Below are positions 52,045 through 64,000 of a DNA stretch of 64,000 nt, one piece after another. The stretch lies in the NCBI RefSeq assembly GCF_009914755.1, contig NC_060940.1; one strand, written 5' to 3'. Under the pieces are notes generated by a model, which was not told the DNA's origin, did not search any database, and worked only from the letters and a program-made list of their open reading frames with translations. The stretch is from the human T2T-CHM13v2.0 reference genome, Homo sapiens. Both the position numbers and the translations under genes were made by a program. The stretch's first letter is position 1. Every line of letters begins with the position of its first letter.

Positions 52045-54083
52045 GAATTCCCAGTAACTTCCTTGTGTTGTGTGCATTCAACTCACAGAGTTGAATGATT
52101 CTTTACACAGAGCAGTTTTGAGACACTCTTTTGGTGGAATTTGTAAGTGGAGAATTCAGCCGCTTTGAGGTCAACGGTAGAAAAGGAAATATCTTCGTAT
52201 AAAAACTAGACAGAATGATTCTCAGAAACTGTTTTGTGATGTGTGCGTTCAACTCACAGAGTTTAACCTTTCTTTTCAAAGAGCAGTTAGGAAACACTCT
52301 GTTTGTAAAGTCTGCAAGTGGATATTCAGACCTCTTTGAGGCCTTCGTTGGAAACGGGATTTCTTCATATTATGCTAGACAGATGAATTCTCAGTAACTT
52401 CCTTGTGTTGTGTGTATTCAACTCACAGAGTTGAACGATCCTTTACACAGAGCAGATTTGAAACACTGTTTTTCTGGAATTTGCAAGTGGAGATTTCAGC
52501 CGCTTTGAGGTCAATGGTAGAAAAGGAAATATCTTCGTATAAAAACTAGACAGAATGATTCTCAGAAACTCCTTTGTGATGTGTGCGTTCAACTCACAGA
52601 GTTTAACCTTTCTTTTCAAAGAGCAGTTAGGAAACACTCTGTTTGTAAAGTCTGCAAGTGGATATTCAGACCTCTTTGAGGCCTTCGTTGGAAACGGGAT
52701 TTCTTCATATTATGCTAGACAGATGAATTCTCAGTAACTTCCTTGTGTTGTGTGTATTCAACTCACAGAGTTGAACGATCCTTTACACAGAGCAGATTTG
52801 AAACATTGTTTTTCTGTAATTTGCAAGTGGAGATTTCAGCCGCTTTGAGGTCAATGGTAGAAAAGGAAATATCTTCGTATAAAAACTAGACAGAATGATT
52901 CTCAGAAACTCCTTTGTGATGTGTGCGTTCAACTCACAGGGTTTAACCTTTCTTTTCACAGAGCAGTTAGGAAACACTCTGTTTGTGAAGCCTGCCAGTG
53001 GATATTCGGACCTCTTTGAGGCCTTCGTTGGAAACGGGATTTCTTCATATTATGCTAGACAGAAGATTTCTCAGTAACTTCTTTGTGTTGTGTGTATGCA
53101 ACTCACAGAGTTCAACCTTCCTTTAGACAGAGCAGATTTGAAACACTCTTTTTGTGGAATTTGCAAGTGGAGATTTCAAGCGCTTCGATGCCAATGGTAG
53201 AAAAGGAAATATCTTCGTATAAAAACAAGACAAACTCGTTCCCAGACACTGCGTAGTGATGTGTGTGTTTAACTCACAGAGTTTCACCTTTCTTTTCATA
53301 CAGCATTCTGGAAACCCTCTGTTTGTAAAGTCTGCAAGTGGATATTTGGACCTCTTAGATGCCTTCGTTGCAAACGGGATTTCTTCATATAATGCTAGAG
53401 GGAAGAATTCTTAGTAACTTCTTTGTGTTGTGTGTATTCAACTGACAGAGTTGAACCTTCCTTTAGACAGAGCAGATTTGAAAGTCTCTTTTTGTGGAAT
53501 TTGCAAGTGGAGATTTCAAGCGCTTTGAGGCCAAAAGCAGAAAAGGAAATATTTTCCTATAAAAACTCGACAGAATCTTTCTCAGAAACTGCTCTGGGAT
53601 GTGTGCGTTCAACTCACAGAGTTTAACTTTTCTTTTCATTCAGCAGTTTGGAAACACTCTGTTTGGAAAGTCTGCACGTGGATATTTTGACCTCTTTGAG
53701 GCCTTCGTTGGAAACGGGTTTTTTTCATGTAAGGCTAGACAGAAGAAATCTCAGTAACTTCCTTGTGTTGTGTGTATTCAACTGACAGAGTTGAACCTTC
53801 CTTTAGACAGAGCAGATTCGAAACACTCTTTTTCTGCAATTTGCAAGTGGAGACTTCAAGCGCTTTGAGGCCAAAGGCAGAAAAGGAAATATCTTCGTAT
53901 AAAAACCCGACAGAATCATTCTCAGAAACTGCTCTGTGATGTGTGCGTTCAACTCACAGAGTTTAACTTTTCTTTTCATTCAGCAGTTTGGAAACACTCT
54001 GTTTGTAAAGTCTGCAAGTGGATATCTTGGCCTCTTAGAGGCCTTCGTTGGAAACGGGTTTTTTCATGTAAGGATAGACAGAG
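52045..54083 (+). repeat. Variant HOR, 12-mer (2039 bp), A-(B/A hybrid)-B-C-D-E
   Basis: Marker spacing 52103->54142 = 2039. The ORF at 52555 starts B-like (NSF) and continues A-like (FKEQ...QMNSQ). Confidence 0.93.
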
Positions 54084-57000
54084 GAATTCCCAGTAACTTC
54101 CTTGTGTTGTGTGCATTCAACTCACAGAGTTGAATGATTCTTTACACAGAGCAGATTTGAGACACTCTTTTGGTGGAATTTGTAAGTGGAGAATTCAGCC
54201 GCTTTGAGGTCAACGGTAGAAAAGGAAATATCTTCGTATAAAAACTAGACAGAATGATTCTCAGAAACTGTTTTGTGATGTGTGCGTTCAACTCACAGAG
54301 TTTAACCTTTCTTTTCAAAGAGCAGTTAGGAAACACTCTGTTTGTAAAGTCTGCAAGTGGATATTCAGACCTCTTTGAGGCCTTCGTTGGAAACGGGATT
54401 TCTTCATATTATGCTAGACAGATGAATTCTCAGTAACTTCCTTGTGTTGTGTGTATTCAACTCACAGAGTTGAACGATCCTTTACACAGAGCAGATTTGA
54501 AACACTGTTTTTCTGGAAATTGCAAGTGGAGATTTCAGCCGCTTTGAGGTCAATGGTAGAAAAGGAAATATCTTCGTATAAAAACTAGACAGAATGATTC
54601 TCAGAAACTCCTTTGTGATGTGTGCGTTCAACTCACAGGGTTTAACCTTTCTTTTCACAGAGCAGTTAGGAAACACTCTGTTTGTGAAGCCTGCCAGTGG
54701 ATATTCGGACCTCTTTGAGGCCTTCGTTGGAAACGGGATTTCTTCATATTATGCTAGACAGAAGATTTCTCAGTAACTTCTTTGTGTTGTGTGTATGCAA
54801 CTCACAGAGTTCAACCTTCCTTTAGACAGAGCAGATTTGAAACACTCTTTTTGTGGAATTTGCAAGTGGAGATTTCAAGCGCTTCGATGCCAATGGTAGA
54901 AAAGGAAATATCTTCGTATAAAAACAAGACAAACTCGTTCCCAGACACTGCGTAGTGATGTGTGTGTTTAACTCACAGAGTTTAACCTTTCTTTTCATAC
55001 AGCATTCTGGAAACCCTGTGTTTGTAAAGTCTGCAAGTGGATATTTGGACCTCTTAGATGCCTTCGTTGGAAACGGGATTTCTTCATATAATGCTAGAGG
55101 GAAGAATTCTTAGTAACTTCTTTGTGTTGTGTGTATTCAACTGACAGAGTTGAACCTTCCTTTAGACAGAGCAGATTTGAAAGTCTCTTTTTGTGGAATT
55201 TGCAAGTGGAGATTTCAAGCGCTTTGAGGCCAAAAGCAGAAAAGGAAATATTTTCCTATAAAAACTCGACAGAATCTTTCTCAGAAACTGCTCTGGGATG
55301 TGTGCGTTCAACTCACAGAGTTTAACTTTTCTTTTCATTCAGCAGTTTGGAAACACTCTGTTTGGAAAGTCTGCACGTGGATATTTTGACCTCTTTGAGG
55401 CCTTCGTTGGAAACGGGTTTTTTTCATGTAAGGCTAGACAGAAGAAATCTCAGTAACTTCCTTGTGTTGTGTGTATTCAACTGACAGAGTTGAACCTTCC
55501 TTTAGACAGAGCAGATTCGAAACACTCTTTTTCTGCAATTTGCAAGTGGAGACTTCAAGCGCTTTGAGGCCAAAGGCAGAAAAGGAAATATCTTCGTATA
55601 AAAACCCGACAGAATCATTCTCAGAAACTGCTCTGTGATGTGTGCGTTCAACTCACAGAGTTTAACTTTTCTTTTCATTCAGCAGTTTGGAAACACTCTG
55701 TTTGTAAAGTCTGCAAGTGGATATCTTGGCCTCTTAGAGGCCTTCGTTGGAAACGGGTTTTTTCATGTAAGGTTAGACAGAGGAATTCCCAGTAACTTCC
55801 TTGTGTTGTGTGCATTCAACTCACAGAGTTGAATGATTCTTTACACAGAGCAGTTTTGAGACACTCTTTTGGTGGAATTTGTAAGTGGAGAATTCAGCCG
55901 CTTTGAGGTCAACGGTAGAAAAGGAAATATCTTCGTATAAAAACTAGACAGAATGATTCTCAGAAACTGTTTTGTGATGTGTGCGTTCAACTCACAGAGT
56001 TTAACCTTTGTTTTCAAAGAGCAGTTAGGAAACACTCTGTTTGTAAAGTCTGCAAGTGGATATTCAGACCTCTTTGAGGCCTTCGTTGGAAACGGGATTT
56101 CTTCATATTATGCTAGACAGATGAATTCTCAGTAACTTCCTTGTGTTGTGTGTATTCAACTCACAGAGTTGAACGATCCTTTACACAGAGCAGATTTGAA
56201 ACACTGTTTTTCTGGAATTTGCAAGTGGAGATTTCAGCCGCTTTGAGGTCAATGGTAGAAAAGGAAATATCTTCGTATAAAAACTAGACAGAATGATTCT
56301 CAGAAACTCCTTTGTGATGTGTGCGTTCAACTCACAGGGTTTAACCTTTCTTTTCACAGAGCAGTTAGGAAACACTCTGTTTGTGAAGCCTGCCAGTGGA
56401 TATTCGGACCTCTTTGAGGCCTTCGTTGGAAACGGGATTTCTTCATATTATGCTAGACAGAAGATTTCTCAGTAACTTCTTTGTGTTGTGTGTATGCAAC
56501 TCACAGAGTTCAACCTTCCTTTAGACAGAGCAGATTTGAAACACTCTTTTTGTGGAATTTGCAAGTGGAGATTTCAAGCGCTTCGATGCCAATGGTAGAA
56601 AAGGAAATATCTTCGTATAAAAACAAGACAAACTCGTTCCCAGACACTGCGTAGTGATGTGTGTGTTTAACTCACAGAGTTTCACCTTTCTTTTCATACA
56701 GCATTCTGGAAACCCTCTGTTTGTAAAGTCTGCAAGTGGATATTTGGACCTCTTAGATGCCTTCGTTGCAAACGGGATTTCTTCATATAATGCTAGAGGG
56801 AAGAATTCTTAGTAACTTCTTTGTGTTGTGTGTATTCAACTGACAGAGTTGAACCTTCCTTTAGACAGAGCAGATTTGAAAGTCTCTTTTTGTGGAATTT
56901 GCAAGTGGAGATTTCAAGCGCTTTGAGGCCAAAAGCAGAAAAGGAAATATTTTCCTATAAAAACTCGACAGAATCTTTCTCAGAAACTGCTCTGGGATGT

Positions 57001-60000
57001 GTGCGTTCAACTCACAGAGTTTAACTTTTCTTTTCATTCAGCAGTTTGGAAACACTCTGTTTGGAAAGTCTGCACGTGGATATTTTGACCTCTTTGAGGC
57101 CTTCGTTGGAAACGGGTTTTTTTCATGTAAGGCTAGACAGAAGAAATCTCAGTAACTTCCTTGTGTTGTGTGTATTCAACTGACAGAGTTGAACCTTCCT
57201 TTAGACAGAGCAGATTCGAAACACTCTTTTTCTGCAATTTGCAAGTGGAGACTTCAAGCGCTTTGAGGCCAAAGGCAGAAAAGGAAATATCTTCGTATAA
57301 AAACCCGACAGAATCATTCTCAGAAACTGCTCTGTGATGTGTGCGTTCAACTCACAGAGTTTAACTTTTCTTTTCATTCAGCAGTTTGGAAACACTCTGT
57401 TTGTAAAGTCTGCAAGTGGATATCTTGGCCTCTTAGAGGCCTTCGTTGGAAACGGGTTTTTTCATGTAAGGATAGACAGAGGAATTCCCAGTAACTTCCT
57501 TGTGTTGTGTGCATTCAACTCACAGAGTTGAATGATTCTTTACACAGAGCAGATTTGAGACACTCTTTGGGTGGAATTTGTAAGTGGAGAATTCAGCCGC
57601 TTTGAGGTCAACGGTAGAAAAGGAAATATCTTCGTATAAAAACTAGACAGAATGATTCTCAGAAACTGTTTTGTGATGTGTGCGTTCAACTCACAGAGTT
57701 TAACCTTTCTTTTCAAAGAGCAGTTAGGAAACACTCTGTTTGTAAAGTCTGCAAGTGGATATTCAGACCTCTTTGAGGCCTTCGTTGGAAACGGGATTTC
57801 TTCATATTATGCTAGACAGATGAATTCTCAGTAACTTCCTTGTGTTGTGTGTATTCAACTCACAGAGTTGAACGATCCTTTACACAGAGCAGATTTGAAA
57901 CACTGTTTTTCTGGAAATTGCAAGTGGAGATTTCAGCCGCTTTGAGGTCAATGGTAGAAAAGGAAATATCTTCGTATAAAAACTAGACAGAATGATTCTC
58001 AGAAACTCCTTTGTGATGTGTGCGTTCAACTCACAGGGTTTAACCTTTCTTTTCACAGAGCAGTTAGGAAACACTCTGTTTGTGAAGCCTGCCAGTGGAT
58101 ATTCGGACCTCTTTGAGGCCTTCGTTGGAAACGGGATTTCTTCATATTATGCTAGACAGAAGATTTCTCAGTAACTTCTTTGTGTTGTGTGTATGCAACT
58201 CACAGAGTTCAACCTTCCTTTAGACAGAGCAGATTTGAAACACTCTTTTTGTGGAATTTGCAAGTGGAGATTTCAAGCGCTTCGATGCCAATGGTAGAAA
58301 AGGAAATATCTTCGTATAAAAACAAGACAAACTCGTTCCCAGACACTGCGTAGTGATGTGTGTGTTTAACTGACAGAGTTTAACCTTTCTTTTCATACAG
58401 CATTCTGGAAACCCTGTGTTTGTAAAGTCTGCAAGTGGATATTTGGACCTCTTAGATGCCTTCGTTGGAAACGGGATTTCTTCATATAATGCTAGAGGGA
58501 AGAATTCTTAGTAACTTCTTTGTGTTGTGTGTATTCAACTGACAGAGTTGAACCTTCCTTTAGACAGAGCAGATTTGAAAGTCTCTTTTTGTGGAATTTG
58601 CAAGTGGAGATTTCAAGCGCTTTGAGGCCAAAAGCAGAAAAGGAAATATTTTCCTATAAAAACTCGACAGAATCTTTCTCAGAAACTGCTCTGGGATGTG
58701 TGCGTTCAACTCACAGAGTTTAACTTTTCTTTTCATTCAGCAGTTTGGAAACACTCTGTTTGGAAAGTCTGCACGTGGATATTTTGACCTCTTTGAGGCC
58801 TTCGTTGGAAACGGGTTTTTTTCATGTAAGGCTAGACAGAAGAAATCTCAGTAACTTCCTTGTGTTGTGTGTATTCAACTGACAGAGTTGAACCTTCCTT
58901 TAGACAGAGCAGATTCGAAACACTCTTTTTCTGCAATTTGCAAGTGGAGACTTCAAGCGCTTTGAGGCCAAAGGCAGAAAAGGAAATATCTTCGTATAAA
59001 AACCCGACAGAATCATTCTCAGAAACTGCTCTGTGATGTGTGCGTTCAACTCACAGAGTTTAACTTTTCTTTTCATTCAGCAGTTTGGAAACACTCTGTT
59101 TGTAAAGTCTGCAAGTGGATATCTTGGCCTCTTAGAGGCCTTCGTTGGAAACGGGTTTTTTCATGTAAGGATAGACAGAGGAATTCCCAGTAACTTCCTT
59201 GTGTTGTGTGCATTCAACTCACAGAGTTGAATGATTCTTTACACAGAGCAGATTTGAGACACTCTTTGGGTGGAATTTGTAAGTGGAGAATTCAGCCGCT
59301 TTGAGGTCAACGGTAGAAAAGGAAATATCTTCGTATAAAAACTAGACAGAATGATTCTCAGAAACTGTTTTGTGATGTGTGCGTTCAACTCACAGAGTTT
59401 AACCTTTCTTTTCAAAGAGCAGTTAGGAAACACTCTGTTTGTAAAGTCTGCAAGTGGATATTCAGACCTCTTTGAGGCCTTCGTTGGAAACGGGATTTCT
59501 TCATATTATGCTAGACAGATGAATTCTCAGTAACTTCCTTGTGTTGTGTGTATTCAACTCACAGAGTTGAACGATCCTTTACACAGAGCAGATTTGAAAC
59601 ACTGTTTTTCTGGAAATTGCAAGTGGAGATTTCAGCCGCTTTGAGGTCAATGGTAGAAAAGGAAATATCTTCGTATAAAAACTAGACAGAATGATTCTCA
59701 GAAACTCCTTTGTGATGTGTGCGTTCAACTCACAGGGTTTAACCTTTCTTTTCACAGAGCAGTTAGGAAACACTCTGTTTGTGAAGCCTGCCAGTGGATA
59801 TTCGGACCTCTTTGAGGCCTTCGTTGGAAACGGGATTTCTTCATATTATGCTAGACAGAAGATTTCTCAGTAACTTCTTTGTGTTGTGTGTATGCAACTC
59901 ACAGAGTTCAACCTTCCTTTAGACAGAGCAGATTTGAAACACTCTTTTTGTGGAATTTGCAAGTGGAGATTTCAAGCGCTTCGATGCCAATGGTAGAAAA

Positions 60001-63000
60001 GGAAATATCTTCGTATAAAAACAAGACAAACTCGTTCCCAGACACTGCGTAGTGATGTGTGTGTTTAACTGACAGAGTTTAACCTTTCTTTTCATACAGC
60101 ATTCTGGAAACCCTGTGTTTGTAAAGTCTGCAAGTGGATATTTGGACCTCTTAGATGCCTTCGTTGGAAACGGGATTTCTTCATATAATGCTAGAGGGAA
60201 GAATTCTTAGTAACTTCTTTGTGTTGTGTGTATTCAACTGACAGAGTTGAACCTTCCTTTAGACAGAGCAGATTTGAAAGTCTCTTTTTGTGGAATTTGC
60301 AAGTGGAGATTTCAAGCGCTTTGAGGCCAAAAGCAGAAAAGGAAATATTTTCCTATAAAAACTCGACAGAATCTTTCTCAGAAACTGCTCTGGGATGTGT
60401 GCGTTCAACTCACAGAGTTTAACTTTTCTTTTCATTCAGCAGTTTGGAAACACTCTGTTTGGAAAGTCTGCACGTGGATATTTTGACCTCTTTGAGGCCT
60501 TCGTTGGAAACGGGTTTTTTTCATGTAAGGCTAGACAGAAGAAATCTCAGTAACTTCCTTGTGTTGTGTGTATTCAACTGACAGAGTTGAACCTTCCTTT
60601 AGACAGAGCAGATTCGAAACACTCTTTTTCTGCAATTTGCAAGTGGAGACTTCAAGCGCTTTGAGGCCAAAGGCAGAAAAGGAAATATCTTCGTATAAAA
60701 ACCCGACAGAATCATTCTCAGAAACTGCTCTGTGATGTGTGCGTTCAACTCACAGAGTTTAACTTTTCTTTTCATTCAGCAGTTTGGAAACACTCTGTTT
60801 GTAAAGTCTGCAAGTGGATATCTTGGCCTCTTAGAGGCCTTCGTTGGAAACGGGTTTTTTCATGTAAGGTTAGACAGAGGAATTCCCAGTAACTTCCTTG
60901 TGTTGTGTGCATTCAACTCACAGAGTTGAATGATTCTTTACACAGAGCAGTTTTGAGACACTCTTTTGGTGGAATTTGTAAGTGGAGAATTCAGCCGCTT
61001 TGAGGTCAACGGTAGAAAAGGAAATATCTTCGTATAAAAACTAGACAGAATGATTCTCAGAAACTGTTTTGTGATGTGTGCGTTCAACTCACAGAGTTTA
61101 ACCTTTCTTTTCAAAGAGCAGTTAGGAAACACTCTGTTTGTAAAGTCTGCAAGTGGATATTCAGACCTCTTTGAGGCCTTCGTTGGAAACGGGATTTCTT
61201 CATATTATGCTAGACAGATGAATTCTCAGTAACTTCCTTGTGTTGTGTGTATTCAACTCACAGAGTTGAACGATCCTTTACACAGAGCAGATTTGAAACA
61301 CTGTTTTTCTGGAATTTGCAAGTGGAGATTTCAGCCGCTTTGAGGTCAATGGTAGAAAAGGAAATATCTTCGTATAAAAACTAGACAGAATGATTCTCAG
61401 AAACTCCTTTGTGATGTGTGCGTTCAACTCACAGGGTTTAACCTTTCTTTTCACAGAGCAGTTAGGAAACACTCTGTTTGTGAAGCCTGCCAGTGGATAT
61501 TCGGACCTCTTTGAGGCCTTCGTTGGAAACGGGATTTCTTCATATTATGCTAGACAGAAGATTTCTCAGTAACTTCTTTGTGTTGTGTGTATGCAACTCA
61601 CAGAGTTCAACCTTCCTTTAGACAGAGCAGATTTGAAACACTCTTTTTGTGGAATTTGCAAGTGGAGATTTCAAGCGCTTCGATGCCAATGGTAGAAAAG
61701 GAAATATCTTCGTATAAAAACAAGACAAACTCGTTCCCAGACACTGCGTAGTGATGTGTGTGTTTAACTCACAGAGTTTAACCTTTCTTTTCATACAGCA
61801 TTCTGGAAACCCTGTGTTTGTAAAGTCTGCAAGTGGATATTTGGACCTCTTAGATGCCTTCGTTGGAAACGGGATTTCTTCATATAATGCTAGAGGGAAG
61901 AATTCTTAGTAACTTCTTTGTGTTGTGTGTATTCAACTGACAGAGTTGAACCTTCCTTTAGACAGAGCAGATTTGAAAGTCTCTTTTTGTGGAATTTGCA
62001 AGTGGAGATTTCAAGCGCTTTGAGGCCAAAAGCAGAAAAGGAAATATTTTCCTATAAAAACTCGACAGAATCTTTCTCAGAAACTGCTCTGGGATGTGTG
62101 CGTTCAACTCACAGAGTTTAACTTTTCTTTTCATTCAGCAGTTTGGAAACACTCTGTTTGGAAAGTCTGCACGTGGATATTTTGACCTCTTTGAGGCCTT
62201 CGTTGGAAACGGGTTTTTTTCATGTAAGGCTAGACAGAAGAAATCTCAGTAACTTCCTTGTGTTGTGTGTATTCAACTGACAGAGTTGAACCTTCCTTTA
62301 GACAGAGCAGATTCGAAACACTCTTTTTCTGCAATTTGCAAGTGGAGACTTCAAGCGCTTTGAGGCCAAAGGCAGAAAAGGAAATATCTTCGTATAAAAA
62401 CCCGACAGAATCATTCTCAGAAACTGCTCTGTGATGTGTGCGTTCAACTCACAGAGTTTAACTTTTCTTTTCATTCAGCAGTTTGGAAACACTCTGTTTG
62501 TAAAGTCTGCAAGTGGATATCTTGGCCTCTTAGAGGCCTTCGTTGGAAACGGGTTTTTTCATGTAAGGATAGACACAGGAATTCCCAGTAACTTCCTTGT
62601 GTTGTGTGCATTCAACTCACAGAGTTGAATGATTCTTTACACAGAGCAGTTTTGAGACACTCTTTTGGTGGAATTTGTAAGTGGAGAATTCAGCCGCTTT
62701 GAGGTCAACGGTAGAAAAGGAAATATCTTCGTATAAAAACTAGACAGAATGATTCTCAGAAACTGTTTTGTGATGTGTGCGTTCAACTCACAGAGTTTAA
62801 CCTTTCTTTTCAAAGAGCAGTTAGGAAACACTCTGTTTGTAAAGTCTGCAAGTGGATATTCAGACCTCTTTGAGGCCTTCGTTGGAAACGGGATTTCTTC
62901 ATATTATGCTAGACAGATGAATTCTCAGTAACTTCCTTGTGTTGTGTGTATTCAACTCACAGAGTTGAACGATCCTTTACACAGAGCAGATTTGAAACAC

Positions 63001-64000
63001 TGTTTTTCTGGAATTTGCAAGTGGAGATTTCAGCCGCTTTGAGGTCAATGGTAGAAAAGGAAATATCTTCGTATAAAAACTAGACAGAATGATTCTCAGA
63101 AACTCCTTTGTGATGTGTGCGTTCAACTCACAGGGTTTAACCTTTCTTTTCACAGAGCAGTTAGGAAACACTCTGTTTGTGAAGCCTGCCAGTGGATATT
63201 CGGACCTCTTTGAGGCCTTCGTTGGAAACGGGATTTCTTCATATTATGCTAGACAGAAGATTTCTCAGTAACTTCTTTGTGTTGTGTGTATGCAACTCAC
63301 AGAGTTCAACCTTCCTTTAGACAGAGCAGATTTGAAACACTCTTTTTGTGGAATTTGCAAGTGGAGATTTCAAGCGCTTCGATGCCAATGGTAGAAAAGG
63401 AAATATCTTCGTATAAAAACAAGACAAACTCGTTCCCAGACACTGCGTAGTGATGTGTGTGTTTAACTCACAGAGTTTAACCTTTCTTTTCATACAGCAT
63501 TCTGGAAACCCTGTGTTTGTAAAGTCTGCAAGTGGATATTTGGACCTCTTAGATGCCTTCGTTGGAAACGGGATTTCTTCATATAATGCTAGAGGGAAGA
63601 ATTCTTAGTAACTTCTTTGTGTTGTGTGTATTCAACTGACAGAGTTGAACCTTCCTTTAGACAGAGCAGATTTGAAAGTCTCTTTTTGTGGAATTTGCAA
63701 GTGGAGATTTCAAGCGCTTTGAGGCCAAAAGCAGAAAAGGAAATATTTTCCTATAAAAACTCGACAGAATCTTTCTCAGAAACTGCTCTGGGATGTGTGC
63801 GTTCAACTCACAGAGTTTAACTTTTCTTTTCATTCAGCAGTTTGGAAACACTCTGTTTGGAAAGTCTGCACGTGGATATTTTGACCTCTTTGAGGCCTTC
63901 GTTGGAAACGGGTTTTTTTCATGTAAGGCTAGACAGAAGAAATCTCAGTAACTTCCTTGTGTTGTGTGTATTCAACTGACAGAGTTGAACCTTCCTTTAG

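Larger units (their letters stand above)
1..64000 (+). repeat. Alpha satellite higher-order repeat array, dimeric (SF1-type), 10-monomer 1699-bp HOR, ~38 copies; probable human chr16 D16Z2 live centromeric array
   Basis: Typical alphoid motifs (CATTCTCAGAAACT, TTCAACTCACAGAG, TTTGAAACAC, AAAAGGAAATATCTTC) recur every ~170 bp. The same ORF recurs at 127, 1826, 3525, 5224... (period 1699) with a 340-bp sub-period. The alpha satellite call is essentially certain. The D16Z2 assignment (about 0.8) rests on recalled knowledge that D16Z2 is the SF1 1.7-kb 10-mer. Confidence 0.98.

Noticed and set aside
53363-53379. Box variants TTGCAAAC (53363, 56761) and terminal GGGG (13959, 17017) as loss-of-binding alleles
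   Set aside because: The changes fall at positions 9 and 17, outside the TTCG/A/CGGG core, so binding is probably retained. Kept only as lineage markers.
127-63820. Some 230 short ORFs (60-67 aa) repeating on both strands
   Set aside because: They are chance open frames in satellite DNA that recur with the 340/1699-bp period, overlap on opposite strands, often start at non-ATG codons and resemble no protein family I recognise. They were useful only as variant markers.
28-63920. CRISPR-like regularly spaced conserved motif (CCTTCGTTGGAAACGGG)
   Set aside because: The intervening ~320-bp segments are themselves repeats, not unique spacers, and there are no cas genes. The motif is the CENP-B box.
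1-64000. Transposon insertion, inversion or non-alphoid island
   Set aside because: All marker spacings equal whole numbers of dimers minus at most 5 bp, and CENP-B boxes stay on the + strand throughout, which leaves no room for foreign sequence.

Overview
The whole 64 kb window is one uninterrupted, head-to-tail, single-orientation array of primate (most likely human) centromeric alpha satellite. Monomers of ~170 bp form ~340-bp dimers, and five dimers (here called A-E) form a 1699-bp 10-mer higher-order repeat (HOR). About 38 HOR copies are present, the last one partial. Every second monomer carries a CENP-B box (CTTCGTTGGAAACGGGA/T). Dimeric organisation, monomer sequence and a 1.7-kb 10-mer best match the suprachromosomal family 1 live array of human chromosome 16 (D16Z2); this assignment is from recall, not from a search. 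I found no genes, RNA genes, transposon insertions or inversions, and the ORF track only reflects the repeat. I do not see a new gene system here. What is interesting is the array's internal history: four HOR length variants (one 8-mer, one 6-mer, two 12-mers), three of whose breakpoints map to 23-55 bp windows containing a CENP-B box; an 8833-bp out-of-register tandem duplication; a ~3-kb divergent block recurring 26,833 bp away; a locally divergent patch with core-disrupted CENP-B boxes; and SNV-defined haplotype domains. All variant calls were made by eye and need alignment to confirm.
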